Source of the DNA: a bacterium
Lineage (GTDB): Bacteria > Zhuqueibacterota > Zhuqueibacteria > Oceanimicrobiales > Oceanimicrobiaceae
Direction of reading: 5' to 3'
DNA length: 40,750 nucleotides
NCBI GenBank assembly: GCA_046757165.1
Contig: JBHHXT010000026.1
Span: 1-40,750, forward strand
Under the pieces are notes generated by a model. That model was not told the origin of the DNA and did no database searches. It saw only the letters and a program-made list of their open reading frames with translations. Below are positions 38,399 through 40,750 of this stretch, in pieces; the first letter of the stretch is position 1, and each line of letters opens with the position of its first letter. A program made the position numbers and the translations under genes.

Positions 38399-40750
38399 TC
38401 AATTTGATTTTCTTACCGGCTCCGCTTGACCGTCTTCCTTCACAACCTGGACTAAATTTTGTGCACCTCCCTTTTGTTTTTTCAACCAGGCGTGGATGAC
38501 TTGCTGTAACTTCTCTTTGTCCACGGGCTTCGAGATGTAGTCATCCATTCCGGCCTGCAGGCACCGCTCCCGGTCCCCCTTCATAGCGTTGGCGGTCATG
38601 GCGACGATGGTGACGTGCGAGTCCGCTTTCTCTTGCGCACGGATTGCGAGCGTGGCCTCGAACCCATCCATTTCCGGCATCTGGCAGTCCATGAAGACAA
38701 TGTCATAAGGAATGGTTGCGACTGCTTCCACCGCTTCTTTGCCGTTCGCCACGCAGTCCACCCGGCACCCCATATTTTTCAGCATCTTGAGGGCGATCTT
38801 CTGATTCACGATGTTGTCTTCTGCGACCAGCACCTTCGAGGTCTGCACCCTGTTTTCCGCCATGCTATGCCGGGTAACAAGCTGGCCTCTGGCCTGGCTG
38901 TCACCGTGCCGGCCGAGCACCGTGTTGAGACAGCGGTAGAGGTCGGACTGCTTCACGGGTTTTGTCAGGTAAGCCTGAAATCCGATTTCGAGCAAGCGTT
39001 TGGCATCGCCGCGCTGGCCCAGGGAGGTCAGCATGATCAGGATGGTCTCTTTGAGCATGGGCTCGTCTTTGATCGCTTTACCCAGATGCTCGCCATCCAT
39101 TCCCGGCATCTGCATGTCGATGATGGCGATTTCAAAAGGCTGGTGGTTTTCAGCGTGTTGGCGCATGAGCTGCAAAGCGGCCGGGCCACTGTTCGCTTCT
39201 TTGACCAGGCAGTTGCGGGCCTGCAACTGCCGGCGCAGAATATCACGGTTGGTCGTGTTGTCGTCGACGACCAGCATGCGTTTTCCGGAGAGGTCGATAT
39301 CGGGCTGGGACCGGGACCGGGTTTCAAGGGGCTGCTTTTGAAGCTTGACCGTAAACCAGAAGGTCGAGCCTTTGCCCGGCTGGCTTTCAACGCCGATTTC
39401 GCCGCCCATCAGCTCGACAAGTTGTTTGGAGATGGCCAGCCCCAACCCTGTGCCGCCGAATTTTCTGGTTGTCGAGGCATCCACCTGCGAGAAGGACTCG
39501 AAGAGTCTCCTCTGAGCTGTTTCGGGAATGCCGATGCCGGTATCGGCGACGGTGAAGCGAACGCACATCTCTGCTTGGGTCCCGTGCTGGAGCTCACCGC
39601 GGATGGCGACCTCTCCCTCGTTGGTGAACTTGATGGCGTTGTTGGCGAGGTTGATCAAGATTTGGCGCAGCCTGCCGGGGTCTCCGATGACGAAGCTCTC
39701 GATTTCCGGCGGCAGGAAGCAGGTGAGGGTCAAACCGTTGTTTTCTGCCTTGAAGGCGATCAAGTCGGCGACGTCCTCCAGCATACTGTGCAGGTTGAAA
39801 TTCAAGGATTCCAGCTCGAGCTTTCCGGCCTCTACCTTTGAGAAATCCAGGATGTCATTGATGACGGTCAACAGGGCCTCCGCCGAATTCCGCACGATTT
39901 CAGCATACTGACGTTGCTCTTCGGTGAGCTCGGTTTCGAGCAGCAATCCCGCCATACCGATGACGCCATTCATGGGCGTGCGAATTTCGTGGCTCATGTT
40001 CGCCAGGAACTCGCTCTTGGCAACATTAGCGGCTTCGGCAACTGCGGCTAATTCCCTGGTATCTCGCAAAGCTTTCTCGAGGAACTTGTTGGAGTCAGCC
40101 AGTTCTTTTTCGGCCCTTTTGCGCTCAGTTACATCCGTTCTAAGAACAATATACTGATAAAGCGTACCGGTCTCGTCGAAGAAGGGGACGATGGTCGTGT
40201 CTAACCAGTAGGAGCTACCGTCCTTCTTACGGTTTTTGATCTCCGCTTGCCACACGCGGCCCTGGCTGATGGTCTCCCACATTTCTCGAAAAAACGACCG
40301 GGGATGGTAACCGGAGTTGAGAATACGGTGGTTACGGCCGATCAATTCATCTCGCGTATATTGGGAGACCTGACAGAATTTGTCGTTGACATAGGTAATG
40401 CGGCCATCGCGGTCCGTTATCGCCACAATTGAGTGCTGATCCAGCGCGTATTTCTGGCTTTCGAGCTCTCTTGCTGTCTTTCGAAGTTGTTCTTCACTCT
40501 GTTTGCGTTCGTCGACCACCCTCGAGAGCGTCTTCCGCCAGGTGGTCAGGTTACGCATGACGACCAACCAGGCGCCGAGGAATAGCGCGAAAGCGAGAAC
40601 GGCGATGACAATCGTCAAAAGGGATTTTTGTTTTTCAGCATTCAAGCTGGCCTGGGCCATGTTCTCGAGCACCATGGCAAATTCCGCCATCCCTTGTGCG
40701 TAAATCCGTTTTTGTCTTTCATATTCCTCACAGAACAGGAGGGCCTTTGC
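38399..40750 (-). CDS. Membrane hybrid histidine kinase (5' end outside window): TM-PAS-HisKA-HATPase-REC-REC
   Basis: Frame stays open from 40750 ([21 protein letters not shown]...); TM; PAS ([24 protein letters not shown]...[13 protein letters not shown]); [14 protein letters not shown]; two receivers. Confidence 0.93.
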   Translation of the reverse strand, partial: AKALLFCEEYERQKRIYAQGMAEFAMVLENMAQASLNAEKQKSLLTIVIAVLAFALFLGAWLVVMRNLTTWRKTLSRVVDERKQSEEQLRKTARELESQKYALDQHSIVAITDRDGRITYVNDKFCQVSQYTRDELIGRNHRILNSGYHPRSFFREMWETISQGRVWQAEIKNRKKDGSSYWLDTTIVPFFDETGTLYQYIVLRTDVTERKRAEKELADSNKFLEKALRDTRELAAVAEAANVAKSEFLANMSHEIRTPMNGVIGMAGLLLETELTEEQRQYAEIVRNSAEALLTVINDILDFSKVEAGKLELESLNFNLHSMLEDVADLIAFKAENNGLTLTCFLPPEIESFVIGDPGRLRQILINLANNAIKFTNEGEVAIRGELQHGTQAEMCVRFTVADTGIGIPETAQRRLFESFSQVDASTTRKFGGTGLGLAISKQLVELMGGEIGVESQPGKGSTFWFTVKLQKQPLETRSRSQPDIDLSGKRMLVVDDNTTNRDILRRQLQARNCLVKEANSGPAALQLMRQHAENHQPFEIAIIDMQMPGMDGEHLGKAIKDEPMLKETILIMLTSLGQRGDAKRLLEIGFQAYLTKPVKQSDLYRCLNTVLGRHGDSQARGQLVTRHSMAENRVQTSKVLVAEDNIVNQKIALKMLKNMGCRVDCVANGKEAVEAVATIPYDIVFMDCQMPEMDGFEATLAIRAQEKADSHVTIVAMTANAMKGDRERCLQAGMDDYISKPVDKEKLQQVIHAWLKKQKGGAQNLVQVVKEDGQAEPVRKSN

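Noticed and set aside
40690..40750. ATG at 40690 as the start of the last kinase
   Set aside because: The frame is open to the window edge and the residues continue a plausible periplasmic domain; the true start is outside the window.

Overview
Bacterial chromosomal window of a GC-rich diderm organism. The gene mix and repeat types suggest an FCB-superphylum lineage such as KSB1/Calditrichota (inference only). About 23 protein-coding genes: a LolA-like/LolCE-type ABC pair, typA, a DUF559/Vsr-like endonuclease inside ~225-bp direct repeats, a PafA-type alkaline phosphatase, pruA, spmA/spmB, a class II photolyase homolog, a TIGR01777 oxidoreductase, an M1 peptidase, a Gfo/Idh/MocA oxidoreductase, an ECF sigma-FecR-TonB receptor-GH63-like hydrolase-SSS locus, an MrfA/YprA-type DUF1998 helicase, an unknown helical protein, a stand-alone cas6, a matrixin-like metalloprotease, an fRMsr-like GAF protein and three hybrid histidine kinases (the last runs off the window). 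I saw no rRNA, tRNA or CRISPR array. Many intergenic gaps carry REP/REPIN-like palindromes. Best leads: (1) an orphan cas6 followed, in its own orientation, by a single CRISPR-repeat-like hairpin ending in ATCGAAAC; (2) a DUF559 nuclease cassette between REPIN-bearing direct repeats, with decayed gene ends outside both; (3) a helical protein starting with a clamp-motif-like QINLF next to the MrfA helicase; (4) a class II photolyase with an apparently altered lesion pocket. All calls are by eye, from motifs; no searches were run.
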